The notes under the pieces: generated by a model | Told to the model about the DNA's origin: nothing | Database searches by the model: none | The model's input: the letters and a program-made list of their open reading frames with translations, nothing else | Program-made: the position numbers and the translations under genes | From: Catajapyx aquilonaris | Lineage: Eukaryota | Reading direction: 5' to 3' | Length of the DNA stretch: 64,000 nt | NCBI GenBank assembly: GCA_000934665.2 | Contig: JYFJ02000468.1 | Span: 62,001 to 126,000 of the forward strand | Shown: positions 10,213 to 22,988 of the stretch, piece after piece | How the letters are laid out: every line of letters begins with the position of its first letter | Position numbering within the stretch: the stretch's first letter is position 1

Positions 10213-13200
10213 TTACTCACTACCTTCCTCCGCCTCCTGAAAAGCAAGTTCAGTTACTGATAATGAGGATTAAATTATATGCATAGAGTAGGAGTCCTAC
10301 CTGACTTTCACTCATATAAGTCAATACTTCGTCCATTTGTAAGGTTGTGGTGTCCTTCATAGACTCTGCAGCATCAGAATGTAAGAAGATAACATGCAAA
10401 ATTGACCAAATTTGAAGATAAACATACATGTGTTGTTTAAGTCCCAAAGCTGCTAATTATTTTCACTGGATGCAGTGCCATTAATTTATTCATAAGTTAT
10501 TAACTGTGGCATTTAATGCAGAATAAAAATATATTGATTTGAATGACCATTCAAAATTTATGTCTCAGACATCAGGCTCTGCATTCAAATTTTTAACTGC
10601 TATTTTGTAATTTTAAGATTTTCACAGTAGAATACCAAGTGTTTCACATAATTCAAAATGCTACTGGAATTTTGAATATATGATAACAGTGCCTGGCGAA
10701 TAGCTGAATGATGAACCGTTTGTGTATTGGAACCCCAATGCACTGTTGGTTAGGGATTAAGCTGTCAAACAAATTTTGGTAGTTTTTCGACTAATTTGCA
10801 CCTAAAAGTTCTATCCGAATCAAAAAGGTTGTAGTCAAAACCTAAATGGACCCGATGATCTCACTTATGTACCACTTTCATCTCAGGGTGCAGCCATCTT
10901 TGGAGATGCCATCGAATTTCCCTACTCGCAGCTAGAGGGATACAGGATTTTGCGATGATGTCTCATAAAATTGACATTTACTTGAAAAATACTTGCGGCG
11001 GATTTTATACCACAACTGGCCACATATTTGGAATCTAGATTATTTTTCGATCTTGAGAGCCCAATAACATGCAAAATATTGGAACCCTCCCTTTTATTTT
11101 TATAATTTTTTATTTAGGATTTTTCGGCAAATTTCCCGGGAGTTTTTCTAGCCGAATCTGGGTTATTGTCGCCTTTTGGCGAAAAGGCAAGTGGCATCTT
11201 AATCCCTGGTTAATATTGATAAAGAATAAGAATACCTGAAGAATCACACTCAGCTTGCCAGTTTTCAGACATATATGGGCCTAGTGCATCAGCAAATTGA
11301 TTGAATGAACACATTGTTGTGCAGCCAGGTATCTCCAAGAGTACAGGTGGCTGATTGGTATTGTTCATGTAAAATATCTGAAAATAACATGAAAGAAGAA
11401 CCTTATTGTATTTACACACCTTACTCTGTTTACAATAATATTACCTTTACAGCATAGTTTTTGGGTTCCACTTCATGCAGCTCAAATATAAGACTGGAGC
11501 CATAGGGTGGGTAAAATGGCTTCAAAACTTGCAAAGTGTAGGCCAGGAGTTGTATATTTGATTCATGTGCAAAGTACAGAAACAATTGGCATAGACTCGG
11601 TTGTTTGTGACTGTGGATGTAGCTTGAGAATGTGAAATGCACTTCATGCAGTGATGGTCCTGAAAAATCACATGCAGTAGACTTTGGGATTGGGCTGAGC
11701 CTAGTTTCTTACAAGTTAAAAGTATACCAGCACGAAGTCTTTTCACCATTGGGGAGTACTCTATAATTTCATTCATCTCATTCCATAAGCTGGTCATTTT
11801 GTTTGGAAAGACATCTGCTATCCATTTTTGGATTGTTAAGTTATTCTCCACCTGAACCAGGGATTTTTGTTAGAAACCTGTTGCACAAACAATATGAAGA
11901 CCTGAATGGATAATGATTAGTCATCACATGTATGCAGTATAGTTTTGATGTGTTACATATTTAGTTTGAAGTGCCCTATCCATTATTGAAATTAACTAAT
12001 ATCCACATGTGACTCTTTTTGCAAAGAGTCACGTATTGATTTTAGGATTAATTTAATTTCTGACAACCAATTTCCTAGGGAATGTTGGATTGTTCTGAGG
12101 ATTGTTCCATATCTCACACATGCCGATGTGTGACTATATTGCGAGTAAATCATCCACGTTCATTCTCTCATGGTGCGAGGTTTATTACACTTTGCCTAAC
12201 TCCTTGCACCAAAATGTGACTGATCATTCTGCATTTCAGGTCATCATGTTCTCAATATAGAAGGATGGATTTTTACACTACTGACCTCTACTTTAATGGT
12301 GTCATACAGCTCCAGAAAGTGCATGAATGTGGGCAACTGCATACCAGTCTTCTTCTCTAGGTGCGACAGAAAATTCTTATTGTCCTCGTAAAGTTGAATC
12401 ATTTCAGGAGTTTCAAACATGTTGCCCACTTCTGATGTTGCCCGAGTGCATTCAGAATTAGCGTAAATCTGTAAATACAGCCTTGAGACCTGAATGACAT
12501 GTCAGCAATAGTGACTTACAGGGTCTAGATGTATGGGTTTAGTGTAAACTGGTATAGGTTGCCATGGCATGCCCTGCAACCATTCAGATTCCCCTTGTGC
12601 AGGGTACAGACCAGCCAAAAAACATTGTGCACTCATCAGCGTGCGGGGTAGTCCTGTACTGTATGCATATACATCACCACCGCCGTATTCTTCAGGGATG
12701 AAGTTGCTATATAGATTCCGAAAGTGCTGTCCCAGTTGGTACATTCTTAGCTTGCCGGCCTGAAAGTGTCTCATAATGATTTTAACTATAAACTTTTAGA
12801 GTGAGGACCTGACCATCAGCATCATGTGTTCATTTAATGTAAATAGTTTTGGAAGCCTTGTTAATGAAATACTGTTATTAACAGTACTGCAACATGTTGT
12901 TTTATTGTGCACAGAAGGATGCTTACCAGCAGAATATTTTAAACCATGTGTTTTAAGCACCTTACTCTGGTATTGAGGCTGCTAAGGCAAAGTTATACCT
13001 CGATATACTGTATAGTGGTAACCTGATGCCCAAGACCTTGCCCTAGAATCATTATGAAACATCCTGTGTATTGTGCCCCTGATAAGTGCATAACTTACGT
13101 TAGTAAGTTGGCCCCAACCTTGAGGCCATTGTGTGACGAAACGGTCCTTAGGATAAGTTAATATCGGGGTTCTGTCTCCATGGCGGAAGAACTGTAAGAT

Positions 13201-13408
13201 GGTGGTACCCGTTTCTTCAGTAACATTTTAAATGACCATTACAAATGAAATGCAGAAGAAAGAGGGCATGAGTAGTATGGGCTGTCAGGTGTCACATGGT
13301 TGGTAAACTCACCGCATGAACTAGTCTCAGTGTGTCCTTCCCTGATGAGCTTTGGAGTTCCGATGCAATGCAAACCACGAGGACAAGCACTGTGAGAAGC
13401 GATGACAT
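10213..13408 (-). CDS. AP2: histidine acid phosphatase, HE variant, no C-terminal anchor
   Basis: [15 protein letters not shown] signal, [34 protein letters not shown]. Two putative small terminal exons give an acidic tail ...[11 protein letters not shown]. Without them the ORF stops at 11210. Confidence 0.85.
10751..11208. mobile_element. Possible MITE with short TIRs in the 3' intron of AP2
   Basis: tagggattaagctgtca versus the reverse complement of tggcatcttaatccctg. No TSD seen. Confidence 0.45.
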
Positions 13409-13861
13409 TGACAGTAATATTTTCTGTCTGTGACTTATTTTTTGAAACTTAGACAATTTCAGCCTTAGTAAAGTTCTGAACAGTTTCGCCATCAAACTTC
13501 GCCTTTGTCATACCGGTACCTGAGAAAGGCTGTGATATATGCATGACGTATGGTGCAAATGAATCTGCGCATTGTTCTCATATTTATAGCCCAATATCGC
13601 AAAGTCGAAGATATTCTGCTATTAGTCGACCCCAACGTTAGTGATGTGAAATCAATGTTTTGCAGTGTTGCTTTTCACCTCATTTACCGCTGCGTCTAAC
13701 AAGCATATTTCCCAACTCAGCCTCTCGTAAGATTTTTTTTCCAGTTAAATAATGTGTATATATGTTACACCCATTGTCCATTTCACAATTTTTATTACAG
13801 TACTTAAGATCTGCCCACGCTCTGCTATATGACTAAGCTCCTAAGTAATGAACTATTCCGT

Positions 13862-15436
13862 TCAGTAGTACATGAGCATACACGTTGCAAAAAGCAAGCA
13901 AATTAACAACAACATATCAGTTATGTAATGGCAGGATTGTTTCGAAGTGCTAATCTTTTCATTGTGACTCGGTGAAGATCTGCATTCTGCTTTCCAGTCT
14001 GTGGGTGTAAAAGGAAGAGTGATATCCAAAAACTTATCCAGAGAGCAGGGGTCAGGGCACTTGGGCATCACCAATCTAGCCGGATCCGGATCTTTTCCAT
14101 TGAAATACATAAACTGAAAGAGCACGATGCATTATATTAATACAATGCAGGTTGAATTATTGTGCAGAATCTTTCACCTTCACTGCAAATTGGCCGTCAG
14201 AAATCTCGTGAAGTTCAAATATGAGGGCTATTGCATAAGGTGGCACGTATGGTTCGAACAAACCCAACACTTCTGCCATCAACATGATGTTCCATTCATG
14301 GACCGAATACAGATATATCCTCCGTGAGGTTGGGTCTAGTGTTTTGTTTCGGTAGCTTTGAAACACTGAAGTCACTTTTGCCAGTTGACCTCCTGAAAAT
14401 TAACATTTCATTGGCAATGGTGTAATAAGCTACATACAGTATTAATAGCTGAATTTATACACACCTACTCGCAGCCTCTTTAATAACGGTGTCCGCACAA
14501 ACATTTTGTACGTAAATTTAGTGATCTCAGCCAGTTTGTCTGGATACACCCGTTTTGTCCACTCCGGTAAGGTCATGTTGTTCTCAGCCTGTGACACCAT
14601 TGCTTTGTATATCCACAGAGCGGTTGAATAATTGAGATCTGCTTACCTGTATCCTCAGTGTGTCGTGTAACATGTATAAATTCGGTACCATCAACACAGG
14701 TCCTTTTTCACCTGTTTTTTCCTTGATATAGCTGATCAAGTTTGCATCCGCGAGCTTCTTAGCTTCTGGAAGTTGTTGTACTTTGTGCAGTTCGTCCGCA
14801 CCAGCTGGACATTTTGCTAGGGGATACAACTGCAAAAAAGAGCGTCGTTGATGCTCGCAAGAAGATTATTTGACAGCTGACTTACAGGATCAAAAAGTGC
14901 GGATATAGTGTGAACTGGTATCGGTTGCCATTGCAGGTCCTTCAACCACTGCTGGTGTTTGTCTGGTGGGTACAGGCCGGCCAGAAATGTCTGGGCACTC
15001 ATGAGAGTTCGAGACTTATCTGTGCTGTACATGTGCATGTCATCGTTTTTGAAGTCCTTAGGGATGAAGTTATTGTAGGTGCTCCGGATTCTCTGGGCCA
15101 ACTCGTAGGTTTGAAGCTTTCCAAACTGACACATCGAATGAAATGTAGAGAATGCAATCGGTGTGAATTTGGTGAAACTTACGTTTGTCAGTTGTGCCCA
15201 ACCATTAGGCCAATATGTCATATTGTTGTAAGGATCGGTGGGGTATGATGCCAAAGGCGACCGTTGTCCATGCCGAAAGAACTGCGTGCAAAATGCGGTA
15301 ATTAAAATCTAGATGTGTTGAAATTAGCTCGATGACTTACCACATGTATGACTCTCAGTGTAGGAAAATCCGCTGCACAACACGTACCCAAATTGTGCAT
15401 CAATATGAGAGGAAGCAGCATATATCGGTAACCCAT
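13862..15436 (-). CDS. AP3: histidine acid phosphatase, HE variant, hydrophobic GPI-like C-terminus
   Basis: 7 coding exons. FFRHGQRSP, STDKSRTLMSA, SVHEWNIM. Ends ...ITDMLLLICLLFATCMLMYY*. Confidence 0.92.
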
Positions 15437-15567
15437 TTTTGTTTGGAACAACTGCAAAGGACGTCTCCTTTTATGAGTGGTAGCTCTAAATGTGATGTAA
15501 ATATATCCTATATTGCTGTCATGCTGCAAAGACATATTTTATAAATCCAGCTAAAATACCGAGGCCG

Positions 15568-15668
15568 TGTCACTGGTGTTATTGCTTCAACCAGAGATTG
15601 CAATAATGCCAACAATGACTTTCAACACCTTGGGACGTCAGTCTGGTTGAAGCAATAACACCATGACA
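15568..15668. repeat. ~27-bp inverted repeat with ~45-bp spacer upstream of AP3
   Basis: tgtca(c)tggtgttattgcttcaaccaga / tctggttgaagcaataacaccatgaca. Confidence 0.75.
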
Positions 15669-16614
15669 GAACAATGCTCAAAAGCAAAAAAAAAAAACGA
15701 CCTGGCAACTATTGTAATTTGCAATATGGCGTCTGTCTTACATGCTGAAAATGTTTGGCAGTAAGTGTGAGAGGAATTCACTCAATAACCCACCTGTGTA
15801 ACTTACCCTTTTTCTGGCAATGCGTTACTTCAAATGAAAGCAAAGAAATGCTGTAGTGGGAGGTCAAAGCAAATCTTGGGTGACGCTCGTGCATATCTGA
15901 ACGGTAAGTGGTGCTGGAGTATAGTTTCGAAATGAGGGAATAACAAGCAGAATTTTAAAGGACTTCCTTCATTTGTCCATAAACATTTTAAGCGGATTCC
16001 TCCCAGACCCTTAAAACCGAAGGCCGTCGCCAAAAACGTGACAAGCGAGAGTACATAAGAAGTTTTGCAGGTCTAATTGGCACCTCGGCCTTTCTTAATA
16101 ATTTCCCCCCTTAGTGGCGACTTTTGAAAATACTTCATAAGAGCACAGAACTAGTGCTCCACTTTATGACTATACGTAAAACGGCAATTCATATTTCCCT
16201 ATCTCGTTATAAATGACTCACCTGCTAAGTTAATGTCTGCAGCGCTCAGACTAACTTGAACTCTGGAGCGAATGAGTGCTTCTGATTATGTAAATATGGA
16301 CAAGACGTCTTTATTGTCACAGGCTCTTGCAACCTTGTAATACATTCAAGGCCGTTGAAAGAGGTTCTGACACTGATCATTAGAGCAATATATGGGCGTG
16401 TCGAGCAAAGTCCAAGTTATGTATGGTGTGGAGATTAAACATTTTAAAGGCTACATTATGCAGGCGATGCCAATTCATCCTCGAGTTTAAATACTACGTA
16501 GGTTTTTTAAAAAATTACTTGTACTATACAGCAATTTATATCCTGAGTATTTTTGTACAATCATATAGGGAAGAGAAAATTGAAATATCTTTTACATTCA
16601 TATAATCTTTACAG

Positions 16615-18692
16615 TCACATACAGCAGCTGACCAGAGCAGCCAACGTCAAAAACTGAAATGATATTAGATGTATCGCTGAAGCACCGTTTCCTTCCTCTT
16701 GTTCTAAATGAATTTGACATTCAAATGCCCAGTCGTTGGGCACATAAGGGAGAGCAATATTCAAAAATTGATCAAGAGGACAAAGGTCGGAGCAGCCTGG
16801 AATCACCAACACCGCCAGATCCGCATCTGTGCCATTCAAATACTGAATCTGAAAAGTGAGAGCCATGTTAGTATTCTCTATTGAGAATATACTACTTTTT
16901 GTACATACCTTCACTTTATATTGACCATCTGACTGCTCATGAAGTTCGAACATGAGTGCTGCTGCGTAAGGCGGAATTTGTACTTCGAACAAGTTCAGAG
17001 TTTCCGCGAACAGCAAGATATTCCAGTCATGTATTGAATACAAGAACAGTCGTCGCGACGCTGGTTTAATAGTTTTGTTGATATACTTTTGGAATGTAGA
17101 GGTGATCTTTCCGAGCTGAGGTCCTGCATTGAAATATGTTGCGTAACACTGATAGTTCATATGCGGTTAACCTTAGCTACATACCTGATCGCAACCTTTT
17201 TAGCAGATGTGTGTGAGATAACATTCGGTATGAAATGAGGGCCGCGTCTCTTATTTTCTCTGGGAAGAATCCCTTTGTCCATTCTGGCAGTGTCAAGTTG
17301 TTTTCAGCCTTGATAATGAAGCATCATCATTTGCGTCAATTTTTAATAGGTAATGTGATGTTCAATGTTTAATTACCTCTATTTTCAATGTGTCGTGCAA
17401 TAAAACGTAGAAATATGGCCCAAGCAATTTTTTTCCGCCTGCTGCCTTTTCCTTCAGGTAATTGGCCAGGTCATTATTAATCACTTCAGGAAGAGCCATT
17501 CCTCTTTGGTACTCCTTCTCTGCAAGTGGGCATGTGGATCCAGGATACAGCTACAACAAGCATGCCACCAGAAAAGTGTAATTAATTTGCAATAATTTGA
17601 ACAAAATTGACACCGGTATAAAGGTTGCTTTATATGCAATTTTTTTTTTTTAAACAAATGGCACCAGAATAACCGCATCTGTGCTATTATGGAAGTCTTA
17701 TTGTAGACATTAACGAACCGGGTCGTCTTCTGCAGGCGTCGTGTGAACTGGTATTGGCTGCCATGACAATCCCTTCAGCCACTGTTGGTGTCTGTCTGGC
17801 GGGTACAGTCCGTACAGAAATGTCTGGGCGCTCATGATGGAACGAGATTTATCGGAGCTGTAGACGTACACATCATCATCTCTGAATTCTTTGGGAATAA
17901 AGCCCTTGTAGAGGTGTCGAATACGTCTGCCAAGCTCGTAGGCCTGAGTCTTTCCAGCCTGCATAAAATATGAAATTGAATCAAAGTACTGAACATAATG
18001 ATGTCTTTTTTACTAATATTCCTTACTGTTGTGAGTTGCGCCCAACCTTCTGGCCAGTAGGACTGGTTGCTGTATGGATCAGTCTCGTATGGCTGGACAG
18101 GTGTTTTTTGTCCATGCCTGAAAAACTGCTTGAGAGATTAGCTACTGTGTACCGCATTGTCCCGATTGCAAAAGGGAAACAAAAAAATAACAACTTTTCT
18201 GGAAAAACGGAAACGTAATCAAACTTTTTGAAAAAAAAAACGATAAGAGATAAAATTGGCATGATCACATTCGCTTTCCAACGTATTTTTGAGGAGGAAA
18301 CGAATGGTTTCTCTCCGAGCTATATATTATGACGTTAATTACAATGGAGGCTATGATAGGTACTGTACTGTACTTTTAATGAACTCTTTTGTACCTGTAA
18401 CATAGCATTGATTTGAGTTAAGTGGATTCCGATGATTGGAAAAGGGTTGGGTTTTTTCTCAGATGATTATAGTCATATACGTAGGCGTGATTTTATCATA
18501 ATTTTTGACGCCACGTGACAAAATAATTGCTAAGTAAGATTCCGTAGAGGCGTAGACTATTACAGGATAATTCTAACAGGACGATAGTTATTATAGTCTT
18601 ACCACGTGAAGCAGCTTGAGGGTGTTTGCTTCAACCACTGCATCGCACGAAAATAATGCTGACGTCAGCAGTAGAAAACTTAGGCGGTCCAT
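16615..18692 (-). CDS. AP4: histidine acid phosphatase, RHGQKTP variant, GPI-like C-terminus
   Basis: MDRLSFLLLTSALFSCDA signal, FFRHGQKTP, SIHDWNI. Ends ...FQFLTLAALVSCCM*. All junctions in frame. Confidence 0.92.
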
Positions 18693-19202
18693 TTTTAATT
18701 GGAGGCGACTGAAATACCTGGGGAAGTTATGACACGCACTATGTACTCTATATCAATGGACAATTTCTCACAAATCACGCCTTGCAATATTTATTTGAAG
18801 TAAAAGCCCATCATTGTTGTTAGAATTGTGGCGATTCCCTCCAAAAACGACACTGAATTAGTTCCTTTGCAATTTCTTCACAATTCAAATGGCCACAAAA
18901 GGTGCTATGAACATTCAAATTGAAATCCTTATGGACATGGTAGATCATGTCAATTTCACGACTCCCACATTATGATGATATGATTGACTGAAAGTTATAT
19001 TTATTGACATATATGCTGGTTGTACCAGATGGCAACAGTTAAAAATATACGAGTATATTGGGTTAATCATGAGTAGAGACTACTCAAATTTATTAACATT
19101 AAGTGGACTGAGTAGTATGCAGTTCTAAAAAATTGGGAATCGTCTACTAAGGCCATGAAAACAACTAATACAAAAATAATGCAAATTTTAGTACCCTTTG
19201 TC

Positions 19203-19360
19203 TTCATCATCATCATCACCATCACGACATTTTTCTATAAGGGGTAGTCAGCGATGACGGGAGCCACAAGCTAACCCAAAATATGGACTAAATTAAAACT
19301 TGTATAAAAATAAACCTATAAACAACCCGTCCCGCCCCCCATCCCAGCCCATCTCAGACG
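19203..19360 (-). mobile_element. Retroposon 3' fragment with (ATG)n tail (boundaries approximate)
   Basis: (cat)n run followed by ggggtagtcagcga, similar to 5823-5880. Confidence 0.35.
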
Positions 19361-19815
19361 ACAAGCACTGAATATTAAATTTAAATATTACACTATGCAA
19401 CGCGGTACTTTTCGAAATCAAGTCCCCCCCCCTGGAAGAGGAACCTCCAAGTGACTAGAATATTATTTTACCGGTTAGTGAGGTATACCGGTAACAGTAT
19501 TCATAAATTCTTCCAAATGACTAGAATATTAACAGATGAGTGAGAAGAATCAGCATCTGGAAATTCATACTTAGAACTCTAAGTGCTGTGCAGGACAGAG
19601 AGGCAGATACCCTTGCAAGCATGTATCGGTGTCTACCTATGCATTACTGTGCAAGAGAGATTTGCCAGCCTTGTAGTTCTGCACATGATGGGCACTGAAT
19701 ATTAAATATTAAACACTGAATATTAAATTTAAATACGAGGGTTGATTCAAAAGTCACCCTCTGTGACCATTTTAAATCCAATAAATTGCAAATTCATGTC
19801 TTTTGAGGTTAAATA

Positions 19816-20383
19816 GAGTAAAACTTCTATAAGTCGAATCTCCATGGGACCAGGAAAAAACTTCGAGTTATAGAAGATTCGAGTTAGAGAAGTTTGGAAT
19901 TTTTTAAGCACGTAACTCTATAACGAAGCCTATTATATCCAGTGACGAAAGGTGTTCAAAACTTAAAAGTAACATTTACTGTCTCCGTTATGGACATTTT
20001 CCTACTCTTAGATTCAAGGATTCAATTATTGTCACAATCGAGTCAAACCCTTCTTTCGGTACGTCTGGTAGACGGAGATAAGGAAATTGAGCCTTTCTGT
20101 ACATATGGCCTACTCTCGACCCTTCGGCTGGGAAATGAGACAATTTTCCGTACTCGCCAACATGAACTTCGACTTAGGGAGACTGAAAATGCATTGATAT
20201 CCTATCCTAAGGCCCTGCCTGCACTTCGAGTTATGGAGAACTTCGAGTTATAGAAATTCGAGTTATAGAAATTCGAGTTAGGGAAGTTTACTTCCTATAC
20301 ATTGTGATCAACCAAACTCAGAATTTCATTCGACTTATAGAGAACTTCGACTTAGGGAAGTTCGACTTATAGAAGTTTTACTG
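19816..20383. mobile_element. pogo/Tigger-like MITE
   Basis: TA|gagtaaaacttctataagtcgaa ... ttcgacttatagaagttttactg|TA, with multiple subterminal ttcgagttatagaa repeats. Confidence 0.8.
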
Positions 20384-22052
20384 TATTTATAACTCAGATA
20401 GTTTATGTTTCAACGCTCTGTTCCGGGTTTCACTAATTCATCGCAAATTGCTAATAACAACTTCCTCTATATAGTCAAGGAGTTTGCATTAAATCTGACA
20501 TTAACAATCTGGTTTTTAACAATTCTATCAAACCTATTCTCCTTATTAAGAAAATGTTACCAATATGTCACATAAATCTCATACCGGCGCGGCGGGTACT
20601 AACAGATTTTGAATTGCTGTTAGTATTCATTCAGGATAAAGAGACATTATTGCACACCTCAATCACACAGCAATGTTTGCTTTTGAAGAAATGTGAATTA
20701 ATATTGTTATTGTTTTAACTTTTATTGTAATCTGATTACTTAATTAATTACTTAATGTTTGTGTGATAGTATTGGTGTGAGTAGGTAACTTGATCAAGAG
20801 GGCGACAGTTTTAAAAAATTGGGGAACTACTGAATTACACATACATTAAGTTCAAAACTTACGTTTTGAAGATCTGTTAACTTATTATACGCCCTTCTTT
20901 CACCGATACACTCCATTTTATACCATTTCATTTACACACACAAAAAAAACATTACAGCGCAAATCGTGAATATCTACAATTAAAAGTTTGTAACTCTTGA
21001 AAAGACTTATATTATACTATAATAATAGGGAGTGTCTATTGATCAGTTAGACGACCACAGGATGCAAGCGAAATTATGTGTTACCTGGTGTCCAGTTAGC
21101 TCACTTCCAGAATGAAGTGGGATGAGGTTAAGTGTTCACGTAATGATATGCATAATTCATTTGTCTGAAATTATAGTGTTTACCTGCGATAAACCTGCTT
21201 CTGGGAATACCGGCTCTCGTCTTACAAAAAATTCGCAGATCCTAACTACGAGGGTCGTCCAGTAAGTTCTGAGCCTGATGTTGAAAGACATGNTAGGCCG
21301 GCAATTATTTTATTAGAATACTTGTACATCCTGGATGTTGACTTTCAGATGGTCATCAGTGTTTTGGATCAGGCAGGAGTTGTCAGGAGATTCAAGAATT
21401 TCATTGACATATTCACAAAATTCTGTGTATTCCAAGAATTCGGATCCTACGAGACGTATTAGTGCAGTAGTATGTTATCGCAAATTTTGCCCAAAGATGT
21501 CATTTTGTGTAGCTTTTGCACGGCGATAGATGTGCCCAATATATTAATCCCATGTGTGGTCGAATATAGTAAGTAGCTCTGCTATATAATTGGCCTTAAC
21601 AGGCTACACAAAAGATAGTAACAACTTTGGGCGAAATTTGCGATAACTAAATGAACCCTAATACTTGGATCACACTGCATTACAGCACTTACGTCACTGG
21701 GTTCGTCGCTGACAACCCTTTTCGTACAGGGAAGTATTATGAGTTGTTGCTGCTGTTGGAAGAGTATACAGTACTGGTTATCTCTCTGATTTTTTTCGAC
21801 ATTTTTGTTCAAGAACAGCATTTTTCATTAATTTAAAATATTTATCGTGACTTCTGAATGAGCCCCGTATCGGTCTTGAGGCAGCAATATCATATTTTTG
21901 TCCTAATTGTTACTATGACAATAGGCATGCTGAGTTACTCAGAGAAGGATGATAATATGGAGGGATATGATTTATAGTCTATTTGGCAACAGGGCAAGTT
22001 ATTTGAGTTTACTTGGGGAAAAGTTATTAAATGCAGCATATATTGCTTCCTT

Positions 22053-22343
22053 ACCGAAGCAGGTTAGTATAGTGGATAAGGCGTCCGACTGCTAATCGGG
22101 AGGTCCTGGGTTCGAATCCCGGGGCCGGCAACTCTGGCCGTGGTTTTCTGTGGTTTCCCACGCTCCTTCCCGGGAAATTCCGGAGTTGCTTCCGTAATTA
22201 ATAGGCCACAGCCGCTTCCTTTCGTCCCTATCCTATCCCAAAGAGCACAGTAAAATGAAAGCAAAGAGTTCCAGGCTAAACAAACTTCCCCCCTAAAGAG
22301 CCGATGGCTGATAACGGGGTATGAATTATTATTATATTATTAT
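22053..22343 (+). mobile_element. tRNA-derived SINE, family 1, copy B with perfect TSD
   Basis: A/B boxes, same core as 7646-7939, (TAT)n tail. 14-bp TSD tatattgcttcctt at 22039-22052 and 22344-22357. Confidence 0.9.
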
Positions 22344-22988
22344 TATATTGCTTCCTTGATTAGAATGAGGCACTGTGTCAGCAATATTAAAAAGTCCACC
22401 ACGTCGAGTCACCAGAGGCAATAAGGAAATGAACACTCACATTCTTTGTATTTGTGGTTACAGTGGCGAGTCACTTGAAATGCCCTTTTTATTACATTAT
22501 AGTGTCGTTCCATCTTACAGTTGTTATATGTATATATTTTTTCGGTACGAATCACTTACATGTTGGTACACGCGTACCAATTATCTGCAAAAAGACCTTG
22601 CAAAATTGCAGATGTATTTAGAAGTGACTGATTTGTTTAGGTTAGATTTGATGACTACTTGAAACCACTCTTCTGTCACACTAAGCGTAGTCCACAAATA
22701 TTATAATAATAATTCTCTAATATTAGTGAATACATGTGATATACATTATTTTCTGTCTCTTCACACTATTCCAAAAGGATGCGTTTACTCGTAGTGTATA
22801 CTGTATATAGAAAAAGAAATGTTTAACTTCCAAATGTACATTAATTTCATTTGAACATAGGCCACTTTGGAGTGCACCTCCTCATTTCTTAGTCTCATTT
22901 ACGAGGAGATATTGCTTTTGGTGTCATTTTGAGCCTAATTCTGAAATATTTGAATTATTTGGAAACATCTGGTTACAAAATATTACAT

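Noticed and set aside
12009..12032. Small hairpin gtgactcttt-ttgc-aaagagtcac, possible Helentron/HINE end
   Set aside because: No convincing partner terminus or second copy in the window.
19736..21867. Mariner-like TIR pair (tacgagggttgattcaaaagtcac / gtgacttctgaatgagccccgta) as one 2.1-kb element
   Set aside because: The match is imperfect, no transposase remnant is seen, and the interval contains host sequence homologous to the AP5 upstream region. More likely separate fragments (another TACGAGGG end lies at ~21247).
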